NCBI GenBank assembly: GCA_044229975.1
Contig: JBGARZ010000014.1
Location: 1-64,000, forward strand
Direction: 5' to 3'
DNA: 64,000 nucleotides
Origin: Polyangiales bacterium
Lineage (GTDB): Bacteria; Myxococcota_A; Polyangia; Polyangiales; Ga0077539
A program made the position numbers and the translations under genes. Positions within the stretch are counted from its first letter, which is position 1. Each line of letters starts with the position of its first letter. Below are positions 10,388 through 20,718 of this stretch, piece after piece. Under the pieces are notes generated by a model, which worked only from the letters and a program-made list of their open reading frames with translations, was not told the origin of the DNA and searched no databases.

Positions 10388-12094
10388 ATGAGCACCCCTG
10401 CCGCTTCGACGTTCACGCCGCCGACTCCGGGCTCCTGGGAGCTGGAGGCCACGCACATGACGCGCCCCGCGACGCGCATCACCGCGAAGGCGATGGCGCG
10501 CTCGATGAAGGAGGGCTTCGCCGAGAGCACCGCCCGCTATGGGCTGGGGCTCTCGCACTTCGACGTCGCCCAGATCAACGGCTTCATGTACATGAAGGCC
10601 ATCGCCTTCGGGGCGCCGCCCAACGCCAGCGGCCCGCCGCCGAAGCTGATCCTCCAGGCGCTCACGCGGTTGCATCCGGGGATGCGCGCCCGCTGGAAGG
10701 TCGCCGACGCCGCGTTCAAGAACAAGCAGTGGCGCATCGACCTCAAGCGCTGGGACGACGAGGTGAAGCCCGGGTCGATCCGCAAGCACCGTGAACTCCA
10801 GGCGGTCGACCCCGACGCCCTCTCCGACGACGAGCTCATCGCCTACGTCGTTCGCGTCCAGGAGCACTACGAGGTGATGCTGGTGCAGCACCACCAGTTC
10901 ACCATCAGCTGTGCGTTTCCGGTGGGCGACCTGCTGGCGCACGTGAACCAGTGGACGGGCGTGCCGACGGCGAAGGTGCTCGACTCCCTCCGCGGCTCGT
11001 CGCCCGTCTCCAAGGGCATCGCGGCGGACGAGCTCGACCTCCTCGGCGCGGCACTGCGCGACGACGAAGGTGCGCGGGCGATGCTCGCGGACGGCCGTCC
11101 CGACGCGGAGATCATCCAGGCGCTGCGCGACCACGGCGGGAAGGTCGGCGAGGCGACGCGCGCCTACCTCGACCTCGTCGGGTATCGCTGCCTGGGCTAC
11201 GACCTCGGCGACCCGTACGCGCTGGAGATGCCCGAGGTGCTGGTCCGCGCGATTCGCGTGGCGGCCGCGGGTGAGGGCAAGGCCCTTGTCGACACCGCGC
11301 ACAAGGAGCGCCTGGCCGCATTGCGCGAGCTGATCCCGGCGGAGCACCGCGAGACCTTCGACGCGATGATGGTCGAGGCGCGCCACGTCAACCGCCTGCG
11401 CGACGAGCGCGGGGTGTACTCCGACGGCTGGGCCATCGGCCTGCTGCGCCGCGCGCTGCTGGCGCTCGGCCGACGGCTGGTGAAGAAGGGGCTGCTCGAC
11501 GACGCGCTGCTGGCGGTCGAGGCCACCCTCGAGGAGCTCAAGGCCCTGGCGAAGGGCGAGCGCGCCGTGACCAGCGAGGCCCTGCGCGAGCGAGCGACGT
11601 GGCGCATGAGCAAGACCATCGCGGACGCCCCACCGTGGCTCGGCGCGCCGCCGTCACCGCCGCCGCCGGCGGAGTGGTTCCCCGAGATCGCGCGGCGCGC
11701 GCAGCGGGCGACGGTGACCTTCATCAACTGCCTGTTCCAGCCGGCGCCGGAGCCCAGGGAGAAGGATCCCGCCGCGACCGTCACGGGCCTCCCGGTCAAC
11801 GTCGGGGTCTACGAGGGCACCGCGCGGCTCATCAACCATGAGTCGGAGTTCGGGCGCATCCAGCAGGGCGACGTGCTGCTGACCCGCGCGACCTCGCCGT
11901 ACTTCAACACGGTGCTCCCGATGCTGGGCGCGATCGTCACCGACCGCGGCGGACAGCTCTCTCACGCGGCCATCGTGGCGAGGGAGTTTGGCATCCCCGG
12001 CGTGGTGGGCACCCGCGATGGGACGAAGCGCATCCCCGACGGCGCGCGCGTGCGGGTCGACGGCGGCACCGGGCAGGTGACGGTGATCGGTTGA
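10388..12094 (+). CDS. PEP-utiliser-type protein: helical substrate-binding region + phospho-His swivel domain (RPH/PpsA-like)
   Basis: C-terminal GDVLLTRATSPYF...AIVTDRGGQLSHAAIVAREFGIPGVVGT...VRVDGGTGQV. Confidence 0.85.
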   Translation: MSTPAASTFTPPTPGSWELEATHMTRPATRITAKAMARSMKEGFAESTARYGLGLSHFDVAQINGFMYMKAIAFGAPPNASGPPPKLILQALTRLHPGMRARWKVADAAFKNKQWRIDLKRWDDEVKPGSIRKHRELQAVDPDALSDDELIAYVVRVQEHYEVMLVQHHQFTISCAFPVGDLLAHVNQWTGVPTAKVLDSLRGSSPVSKGIAADELDLLGAALRDDEGARAMLADGRPDAEIIQALRDHGGKVGEATRAYLDLVGYRCLGYDLGDPYALEMPEVLVRAIRVAAAGEGKALVDTAHKERLAALRELIPAEHRETFDAMMVEARHVNRLRDERGVYSDGWAIGLLRRALLALGRRLVKKGLLDDALLAVEATLEELKALAKGERAVTSEALRERATWRMSKTIADAPPWLGAPPSPPPPAEWFPEIARRAQRATVTFINCLFQPAPEPREKDPAATVTGLPVNVGVYEGTARLINHESEFGRIQQGDVLLTRATSPYFNTVLPMLGAIVTDRGGQLSHAAIVAREFGIPGVVGTRDGTKRIPDGARVRVDGGTGQVTVIG

Positions 12095-12903
12095 GGGCGG
12101 TCGCGCTCGCCGAGGTCGACGACGCGGGCCGCTTCGGTGGTAAGGCGGCCCAGCTCGGGGCGTCGCTGCGCGCGGGGCTCCAGGTGCCGCCGGGGTATGC
12201 CCTGTCGCACGCGCTGGTCGGCGCCGTCGCGCGGGGTGACGCCGCGGCGCTCACGGAGGTGCGCTCGCTCGGGGCTCGCCTCCAGGGGCCGCAGGCGGTG
12301 CGCTCGTCGGGCGTCGGCGAGGACGGCGTGGCGCAGAGCTTCGCCGGGCAGCACACGTCGCTGCTCAACGTCGTCGGGACGGAGGCCCTGCTCGCGGCCG
12401 TCGCGGCGGTGCACGCCTCGGGCGATACGGCGTCGGCGCGCGCGTACCGGCAGCGCATGGGCGTCGCGGGTGATCCGCGGGTGGCCGTGGTGGTGCAGCG
12501 GCTCGTCGACGCGGAGTGCGCGGGAGTGATGTTCACCGTCGACCCGCTGAGCGGCGCGGACGTGCGCGTCGTCGAGGCGTCGTGGGGTCTTGGAGAGTCG
12601 GTGGTGCAGGGGCTGGTGACGCCCGACCGGGTGCGCTTCGAGCGCGGTGGTCGGGTGCTCGAACACGTCGCGGGTCACAAGGACCTCGCCATGGTGCGCG
12701 ACGCCGACGGCGGCGTGCGCGAGGTGGAGGTGGACGAGGCGCGGGCCGCGGCGCGCTGCCTCGACGACGCGAAGATCGCCGCCCTGGTGGCGCTCGCGAC
12801 GCGGTGCGAGCAGGTGTTTGGCGAGGGGCGCGACATCGAGTGGGCCTTCGCCGACGGGGCGCTGTACCTGCTCCAGGTGCGCGCGGTCACGGGTCGAAGG
12901 TAG
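12091..12903 (+). CDS. Stand-alone PEP/pyruvate-binding ATP-grasp domain protein (PPDK_N)
   Basis: GGKAAQL, VRSSGVGEDG..SFAGQH, GVMFTVDP, WGLGESVVQGLVTPD, DIEWAF..LYLLQVR; TTGA overlap with the upstream gene. Confidence 0.85.
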   Translation: MRAVALAEVDDAGRFGGKAAQLGASLRAGLQVPPGYALSHALVGAVARGDAAALTEVRSLGARLQGPQAVRSSGVGEDGVAQSFAGQHTSLLNVVGTEALLAAVAAVHASGDTASARAYRQRMGVAGDPRVAVVVQRLVDAECAGVMFTVDPLSGADVRVVEASWGLGESVVQGLVTPDRVRFERGGRVLEHVAGHKDLAMVRDADGGVREVEVDEARAAARCLDDAKIAALVALATRCEQVFGEGRDIEWAFADGALYLLQVRAVTGRR

Positions 12904-12912
12904 CGACGCAGG

Positions 12913-14268
12913 GTGAGCGACGAGGGGACACTCGACCGGCGGCTGCTGGGGGCGCTGGCGCTGGCGACGACGCTGGCGCCGCTCGGGTCGACCTCGCTCG
13001 CCGTGGCGCTGCCCGCGATGAGCCACGACCTCGGGGTCAGCCTCGCGTCGACCACGCAGTGGCTCGTCACCAGCTACCTGCTGGTCAACATCGTCTGCCA
13101 GAGCCCCGGCGGAAAGCTCGGTGACCTCCTCGGCTACCGCCGCGCGCTCGCCCTCGGCCAAGGCCTCGTCGCCCTCGGAACGCTCTGCGCACTCTTCGCC
13201 CCCCACCTCGCCGTGCTCGTGCTCGCGCGCGTGCTCGTGGCCGCGGGCGGCGCTGCTGTCGGTCCGAGCGCCATGGCCCTCGCGCGCAACAACCTCCCGG
13301 CCGAGCGTCACGCGCGGGCGTTTGCGACCTTCGGCGCGCTGATGGGTCTTGCCGCAGCCATCGGTCCGCCCCTCGGCGGCGCGCTCACGCGGGTCTTCGG
13401 TTGGCGGGCGGTGTTCGCGCCCAACCTGGTGATCCTCGCGCTGTCGGTGGCGCTGGCGCGGTCGTCGCCGGGCGTGGAACCACGCTCGCACACGCGTCCG
13501 ACCTTCGACGGCGTGGGTAGCGCGTTGCTCGCCGTCGGGCTCATCTCTCTCGTGGTGGGTCTTCGTCTCGGACGCCCCGCCGCGCTCGCCGCCGCGGCCC
13601 TCGGCTTCGTCGCCTTCGGCCTCTGGGAGCGTCGCGTCGCCTCGCCCGTCATCGACCCCGCGCTGTTTCGTCGGGGGTCGTTCACCTTCGGCGGCCTCGT
13701 CGTCGCGGCGGGCAACATGGCGATGTACGCGATGCTCTTCGAGCTGCCGACCTTCTTCGCGAAGGTCCGGCACGCCGACGCTGCGAGCGTGGGCGCCGGG
13801 CTGCTCGCGCTCACCCTCGGCATGGTCGCGTGCTCACCGCTCGGCGCGCGTCTCTCGGAGCGCATCGGCGCGCGGGCGACCGTCATCGTCGGGATGCTGT
13901 GCGGCGCCGCGGGCATGTACGGACTGCGCCACGGGGCGACCATCGTGACGCCCGTCGATGCGATGCCCGCGCTCATCGCGCTCGGCGCAGGCATCGGACT
14001 GTCCAACTCGCCGGCGCAGGCGTCCGCGATGGTGGGCGTCCCGCGCGACCAGGCGGGCATGGCGTCGGGGGTGCTCTCGACGCTGCGCTACCTGGGTGGT
14101 GTCGCGGGCATCGCGGTGCTGGGCGCGCTCACCCACGGCGGCGATGCGGCGAACGTGCTCGCGACGCACGACCGCGCGGCGGGGGTGTTCACGGTGGTGA
14201 TGTCGGTGGGTGCGGTGCTGGCGTTGGGGCTCCCGAGCGGGAGCGTGCCGCGGGCGTCGCGGGCGTAG
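12913..14268 (+). CDS. MFS transporter, DHA2/EmrB-like drug efflux
   Basis: GGKLGDLLGYRR motif A, AIGPPLGGAL, GWRAVFAPN; many TM segments. Confidence 0.88.
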   Translation: MSDEGTLDRRLLGALALATTLAPLGSTSLAVALPAMSHDLGVSLASTTQWLVTSYLLVNIVCQSPGGKLGDLLGYRRALALGQGLVALGTLCALFAPHLAVLVLARVLVAAGGAAVGPSAMALARNNLPAERHARAFATFGALMGLAAAIGPPLGGALTRVFGWRAVFAPNLVILALSVALARSSPGVEPRSHTRPTFDGVGSALLAVGLISLVVGLRLGRPAALAAAALGFVAFGLWERRVASPVIDPALFRRGSFTFGGLVVAAGNMAMYAMLFELPTFFAKVRHADAASVGAGLLALTLGMVACSPLGARLSERIGARATVIVGMLCGAAGMYGLRHGATIVTPVDAMPALIALGAGIGLSNSPAQASAMVGVPRDQAGMASGVLSTLRYLGGVAGIAVLGALTHGGDAANVLATHDRAAGVFTVVMSVGAVLALGLPSGSVPRASRA

Positions 14269-14712
14269 TCAGATCGTGGAGGTGCGGGCGACCCACGGGC
14301 CGCGCGCCTGACGCCAGGAGGCCTGCACGGCCTCCCACTTGGTGACGCTCTCCAGCTCCAGCAGACGCGCAGCGACGTCGTGGTCCGTGGTCGCGGCCGT
14401 GAGCTGGGCGACCCAGCCCGCGCGGCGCTGCCGCCAGGAGGGCTGCACCGACGCCCAGCCCATCGCGGTCTCCAGTCGCAGGATCTGCGCGGCCACTCCG
14501 GCGGGCGAGTTGGCGTCGCGCACGGCGGCCAGCCACTGCGGGCGCTGCGCGACCCAGGCCCGCGAGACGGCCTCCCAAGACACCGCGTTCTCGAAGGCCA
14601 GGACGGCCTGCTTGAGAGCCGCGGACTGCGCCTGCGCCGGGGCGCTGCGGAGCGCCGACACACCGAGCGCGGCGAGGGCGCTCGTCACCAATGAACGTCG
14701 AGTGATCTCCAT
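14269..14712 (-). CDS. Tat-exported protein made of three 40-aa Trp-rich repeats
   Basis: TRRSLV Tat signal ending AQA; Trp at 46/53/60, 86/93/100 and 126/133/140; GGAGGA upstream. Confidence 0.8.
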   Translation of the reverse strand: MEITRRSLVTSALAALGVSALRSAPAQAQSAALKQAVLAFENAVSWEAVSRAWVAQRPQWLAAVRDANSPAGVAAQILRLETAMGWASVQPSWRQRRAGWVAQLTAATTDHDVAARLLELESVTKWEAVQASWRQARGPWVARTSTI

Positions 14713-14807
14713 CGTTGGGTTCCTCCGGGGAGCACCCTACGTCTGGAGCGCGATGATCTTCAATCGTGTCGTGAGAATGTTGCGAGAGCGCGGAAAGGCA
14801 GCGGCGA

Positions 14808-15854
14808 TCAGAGCGTGACGACGCGCGTCTGGATGCGCGTGCGGTCGGCGACGCCGAGGCCCATGGCGCCGGCCTGATCGATGTACCGGGGCGGGAGGCC
14901 GCGGGCTTCGAGGGTGCCCATGCGGTGCGCGACGCGGAGCGCGTCGACGATGTCCGAGCCGACGCGGTCGAGGGCCACCGGGTCGGTGCTGACCATGACG
15001 GCCTCCATCGCGACGCGGTGCTCGGGGCTGTCGCGCGGACCGCCGTGATAGACGGCCTTGAAGGCGTCCATGACGTGCAGCCGAACGCGCGACTTGATGG
15101 CGTCGTGCGAGTAGAGCTCCGCGATCTGCGGCGAGCACAGGTGGCGGTGAAACGCCTCGGGGTTCTTGATGGACCCGTGGGTCATGTTCTTCATGGCGCC
15201 GGTGAAGCCGCAGAGCGAGTGGTCCTTCACGAGGGGCACGCCGATGACGGCGGTGGCTTCCATGAGGGCCGTGGCGTACTGGGTGCGGCCCGAGGCGACG
15301 CGGGTCTCGGGGGAGAGCGCCGTGCCGTTGTGCGAGACGAGGCGCACGCCCGGCGGGAGGCCGCGCGACGAGACGCGGGTGCAGCGCAGGAAGCTGTCCC
15401 ACTGGTCATAGACGGTGATGGCGGTGCCGGGGACGCCGGCGGCCACGAGGCCCTCGGCGATGGCCTCGATGACCTCCTTGTTGGATGCCATGTTGCGCAG
15501 GCCGAGTCCGTTGACCTTGATGGCCACGCGGTCGGTCGGGTGGACGAACATCCGCCACGCGCTGGCGAGGTCGGGCCGCCCGGAGAGCTCGATGACCGCG
15601 CGGTTGACCATGGCGCGGGCATCTTCGGGCTTGGGGAAGAGCCCGCCGGGGCGCAGCGAGTTGGCCTTGTTGACCCGCACCACCTGGCCGGGGCGCGACA
15701 GGGGCATGAAGCCCGCCGGGCGCGTGGCGGCGAAGTTGGTGGCAGGGGCAGCGGGTGTGCGCTGCTGGGCGTCGGCCTGCTCCGCAAACGCGACGGCCGC
15801 GGTGCCGGCGGCGACGGTGGAGAGGAAGTGTCGACGATCGAGGTCCTGGCTCAT
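14808..15854 (-). CDS. DUF362-family protein with Tat signal
   Basis: DRRHFL Tat motif; VAIKVN, PLVKDHSLCGFTGAMKN, STDPVALD motifs. Confidence 0.8.
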   Translation of the reverse strand: MSQDLDRRHFLSTVAAGTAAVAFAEQADAQQRTPAAPATNFAATRPAGFMPLSRPGQVVRVNKANSLRPGGLFPKPEDARAMVNRAVIELSGRPDLASAWRMFVHPTDRVAIKVNGLGLRNMASNKEVIEAIAEGLVAAGVPGTAITVYDQWDSFLRCTRVSSRGLPPGVRLVSHNGTALSPETRVASGRTQYATALMEATAVIGVPLVKDHSLCGFTGAMKNMTHGSIKNPEAFHRHLCSPQIAELYSHDAIKSRVRLHVMDAFKAVYHGGPRDSPEHRVAMEAVMVSTDPVALDRVGSDIVDALRVAHRMGTLEARGLPPRYIDQAGAMGLGVADRTRIQTRVVTL

Positions 15855-16009
15855 GGCGGTCTGTGCTCCGGTGGGCGGTGAGTCGTGCGCTTGCGGCGAC
15901 CCATGGCACTACCACGCGCCTTCCGGGAGCGACAAGAACGCCCCTGCCCTCCAAGCCCGACGTGTCAGTGCTTTGGCCCGCCGTGGGGTGGCGGGCGAAG
16001 ATCGCGCCC

Positions 16010-16657
16010 ATGATCGAAGGGCACTTCATCGCCATCGAAGGCATCGACGGCGCAGGAACCACCACCCAGGCCCAGCGCCTCGCCGCCGCCCTGCGCCAGA
16101 AGGGTCTCCCCGTCCGCACGACCCACGAGCCCACCGACGGCCCCATCGGGGTGCTCATCCGCCAGGTGCTCAATGGGCGCGTAGTCGTCCCGGGGCCCAC
16201 GGGCGCGAGCTCGCTCGGGTGGTCGACGCTGGCCCTGCTCTTCGCGGCCGACCGCCTCGACCATCTCCAGGCCGAGGTGATCCCCAACCTGCTCGACGGG
16301 GTGACGGTGATCACCGACCGCTACGATGCTTCCAGCATCGCCTACCAGGGCGTGGTGAGCGGCGACGCCGCCGTGACGGAGTGGATCAGGGTCATCAACA
16401 GGCGCGCCCGCCGCCCCGACCTCACCCTCATCCTCGACGTCTCCCCGGAGGTCGCCCTCGAACGCCGCCGACACCGCGGCCTCACCCCCGACCTCTACGA
16501 AGAGGACGATCTTCAGCGACAGCTCGCCGAGTTCTACTCGACCATCGAGCGCCACCTGCCGGGCGATCGGCTCCTGCACCTCGATGGCAACGCCCCGCCC
16601 GATGCGGTGCACGCGCAGGTGCTCGCCGCCGTGGAGGCGCTCCGTGCGGAGGGCTGA
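16010..16657 (+). CDS. tmk: Thymidylate kinase
   Basis: FIAIEGIDGAGTTTQ P-loop, THEP, LLFAADR, VITDRY..SSIAYQG, PDLTLILDV. Confidence 0.93.
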   Translation: MIEGHFIAIEGIDGAGTTTQAQRLAAALRQKGLPVRTTHEPTDGPIGVLIRQVLNGRVVVPGPTGASSLGWSTLALLFAADRLDHLQAEVIPNLLDGVTVITDRYDASSIAYQGVVSGDAAVTEWIRVINRRARRPDLTLILDVSPEVALERRRHRGLTPDLYEEDDLQRQLAEFYSTIERHLPGDRLLHLDGNAPPDAVHAQVLAAVEALRAEG

Positions 16658-17117
16658 GCTCGCGCTGCTGTTCTCGCTCGCGGGCTGCGCCTCGCGCGGC
16701 GCGGCGTACGTCTCGCCCGACGAGGTCGACTGGGCCATGGCGACGCGCGTCCCGACGGCGCCCGCGGAGCCCGAAGACAACACGCCCGCCACGCTCACGC
16801 GGCAGGTGCTCACCGACGCCTCGTCGCGCGGACTCGGTCACTTCCTCTCTCAAGTGGACGTGAGCCCGGTGGTGGAGGGCGGGAGGTTTCTGGGGTTCCG
16901 CCTCAACAGCGCGGTGCACCTGCGACGATGGCGACGGGCGGGGGCCGACCTGCGACCCGGCGACGTCATAACCCGCGTCAACGACCTGCCCATCGACCGA
17001 CCCGAGCGCGCCATCGGCGCCCTCGCTGCGCTGCGCGACGCGACGGAGCTGCGGGTCGATCTCCTGCGACGATCGCAGCCCGTGACGGTGCGCGTGGCCG
17101 TCAGCTCCGCGCCGTGA
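16644..17117 (+). CDS. Lipoprotein with a GspC-like PDZ domain
   Basis: LFSLAGC lipobox; GRFLGFRL...LRPGDVITRVNDLPI...LRVDLLR PDZ pattern. Confidence 0.65.
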   Translation: MRRAELALLFSLAGCASRGAAYVSPDEVDWAMATRVPTAPAEPEDNTPATLTRQVLTDASSRGLGHFLSQVDVSPVVEGGRFLGFRLNSAVHLRRWRRAGADLRPGDVITRVNDLPIDRPERAIGALAALRDATELRVDLLRRSQPVTVRVAVSSAP

Positions 17118-18216
17118 TGCGAACCCCCACCTGACCGTCGACGTCGACCAGCTCGCCGCGCGCGATCACACGACCGCCCGCTCGCAGCAGCACCGCCTCG
17201 CCGATGCGCTGGGAAAACTCGACCACCGCGCCGACGCCCCACGACGCGACGGTCTCCAGTGACGCGGACTGCGACGCGAGCTCGACGGTCACCTCGACCT
17301 GGAGCGCGGCGAAGACGTCGGTGGAATCACTCATGGCGGGGCTCCAGGGGTCGCGAGGCGGTCGTGTGACGGTGACGCTCGACGCGTCGGTGACGGAGGC
17401 GTCGAGGCGCAGCGGGGGATGCTCGCCGAGGCAGAGCGTGACGTCGCCCGCGAGCGCAGAGGACGACCAGCGCAGGCCGTCGAGCAGGACGTGGTCGCCG
17501 GCCGCGAGCGCATCGACGTCGGTCGCGGCGACCATCGAGCGGGCGCCCACGCAGCGCACCGACACGGCGACGTAGGAGAAGCGCGAGAGCAGGTCGGCGG
17601 AGGGGACGGGGGGCGGCGCCGGGAGTTCGTCGGCGAGGAGCACCAGGGTGAGCACGCCTGCGACGGTCTTACCCGCGAGGGTAAGATCCCACGCGACGAG
17701 GTGGCCCGGGGGAAGGGTGTCGAGCGCGTCGTCGGGGTGGTCGGTGATGGCGCGCAGCGTGGGCGGCGCGGCGGGCGCCGTGAGGGTGACGGCGACGCGG
17801 GCGGCGAGGGCGGAGAGCACCCCTTCGGCGACGTCCGACCACGGGGCGGTCGGGGAGATCCAGGCGTCGGTTCCGAGCGCGCGGGTGACGAGGAGGAACG
17901 CGAGAGCGCGTGGGACGGCGAGGAGGAATGGGCCGAGGGTCGGGTGGTTCCAGCGAGAGACGAGCGTGGGGTCGGCCGACCACGCGGCGCGGAGGTCGGC
18001 GAGGGCGACGGGGCGCGGGGTGCCACCGATGCGACGCAGGGAGTCGTCGCCGAGGAGGCCGGACCAGCGAGCGTCGAAGAGTCCGGCTGGCAGCGCGGAT
18101 GAAGAGGCGAGGGTGGCCGCGATGCGGCGGGTGAGGCGGGCGGTGGCGCGGTCGACCTTCGGGAGCGACGCGAAGGGGAAGGGGATCGGCGCGCGAGGCA
18201 CGACGCGATGGAGCAT
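17101..18216 (-). CDS. SctQ/YscQ (FliM/FliN SpoA-domain) C-ring/sorting-platform-like protein
   Basis: Two SpoA-like segments; C-terminal VEVTVEL...GAVVEF...RAGGRVIARGELVDVDGQVGVRIT. Confidence 0.75.
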   Translation of the reverse strand: MLHRVVPRAPIPFPFASLPKVDRATARLTRRIAATLASSSALPAGLFDARWSGLLGDDSLRRIGGTPRPVALADLRAAWSADPTLVSRWNHPTLGPFLLAVPRALAFLLVTRALGTDAWISPTAPWSDVAEGVLSALAARVAVTLTAPAAPPTLRAITDHPDDALDTLPPGHLVAWDLTLAGKTVAGVLTLVLLADELPAPPPVPSADLLSRFSYVAVSVRCVGARSMVAATDVDALAAGDHVLLDGLRWSSSALAGDVTLCLGEHPPLRLDASVTDASSVTVTRPPRDPWSPAMSDSTDVFAALQVEVTVELASQSASLETVASWGVGAVVEFSQRIGEAVLLRAGGRVIARGELVDVDGQVGVRITARS

Positions 18217-18298
18217 CGGACAGGGCGCGAGGGTCAAGCGCGCGAGGGGAGACGGGAGTTGTTGCCGTCGGGTCGCGAGTCAGGGCACTCTCCGCGCC

Positions 18299-19537
<1,239 letters not shown>

Positions 19538-19650
19538 CAACGCACCAGCTCCCGGCGTGTCGCTTGATGCGGCATGGGTGAGGGCTTGTTCCGTTTCGCT
19601 GCTCGGGTGACTATGCCGCAGCAGGTCGGAATCACAGGCTTCCACCAACG

Positions 19651-20718
19651 GTGAGGAACGCGATGCGGTCGTTTCCAGGCATGCGGGAGATCCCCTTCGA
19701 GGATCGTGGGAAGTACAGCGCGGCCTTCTTCCTGGAGCACTATTTCCCGAAGAGTGAACTCGTCAGGGGTGTGAAGACCGCCACCCGCGAACGCATCATC
19801 CGGCACATCCAGAGCGGCGGTAAGGGCAAGGTCATCGAGGTCGAGCGCGTGAAGAAGCTCAGCCCCGAGGATTTCCGCAAGAACTTCCTCGCCAAGGGCA
19901 TCCCCGTACACATCGTGGGTGGCGCCGCCGACTGGCCGCTCATCCAGCGTTGGACCTTCGAGAACCTCCGTGAGCGCTTCGGTCACGAGACCATCAAGCT
20001 CGTGCAGCGCAAGGGTCTCTCCGACGACGACTTCATCGACGAGAGGGAGTTCTCCGAAGAGATCGGCTTCGCGGCCTTCCTCGATCAGGTGCTCGGCGGC
20101 GGGCGCAAGTACATGCGCTTCTCGCCGCTGCTGGAGAAGTTCCCGGAGCTGCTGGGCGACTTCGACCACACCTTCTTCGAGCGGATGATCGCCAACCCCT
20201 TCGGCACGGGCTTCCAGCTCTTCATCGGCGGCAAGGGGACCTTCACCCCGCTGCACAACGCGATCACCCCGTTCTTCTTCCTCAACGTGTCGGGCATCAA
20301 GCGCTGGGCGCTCATCCCGAGCCAGTACCTCGCGGTGCTCAACCCGGCCGCCGACGGCTTCGGCTACAACCACTCCGAGGCCGAGCTCGACTTCTCCAAC
20401 GTCGAGTCGTTTCCCGGCTTCGACTGCATCGACCGCATGGAGGCCGTGATGCAGGGCGGCGACCTGCTCTACGTGCCGTCGTGGATGTGGCACTGCGTGC
20501 AAAACGAGTCGCCCACCATCGGCGTGCGCTGCGGGTTCGTGTACCCGCGGGGCATGGTGCAGGAGTCGGCCACGCTCGCCGCCGTGCGCGTCTTCGCCGC
20601 GCGCAATCCCAACATGCTGGAGTGGCTCTACTACTCCTTCATCAAGACCAACCTCCCCGAGCGAGACCGCCTCCTCATCACCCCGAAGTGGTGGCTCAAG
20701 AAGCAACCCGGCGCGTGA
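19651..20718 (+). CDS. JmjC/cupin_8 2OG-Fe(II) oxygenase-family protein with an atypical HxA metal motif
   Basis: GIPVHIVGGAADWP..W, FIGGKGTFTPLHNA, GIKRW, GDLLYVPSWMWHCVQN; exact start uncertain (19651/19663/19681). Confidence 0.85.
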   Translation: MRNAMRSFPGMREIPFEDRGKYSAAFFLEHYFPKSELVRGVKTATRERIIRHIQSGGKGKVIEVERVKKLSPEDFRKNFLAKGIPVHIVGGAADWPLIQRWTFENLRERFGHETIKLVQRKGLSDDDFIDEREFSEEIGFAAFLDQVLGGGRKYMRFSPLLEKFPELLGDFDHTFFERMIANPFGTGFQLFIGGKGTFTPLHNAITPFFFLNVSGIKRWALIPSQYLAVLNPAADGFGYNHSEAELDFSNVESFPGFDCIDRMEAVMQGGDLLYVPSWMWHCVQNESPTIGVRCGFVYPRGMVQESATLAAVRVFAARNPNMLEWLYYSFIKTNLPERDRLLITPKWWLKKQPGA

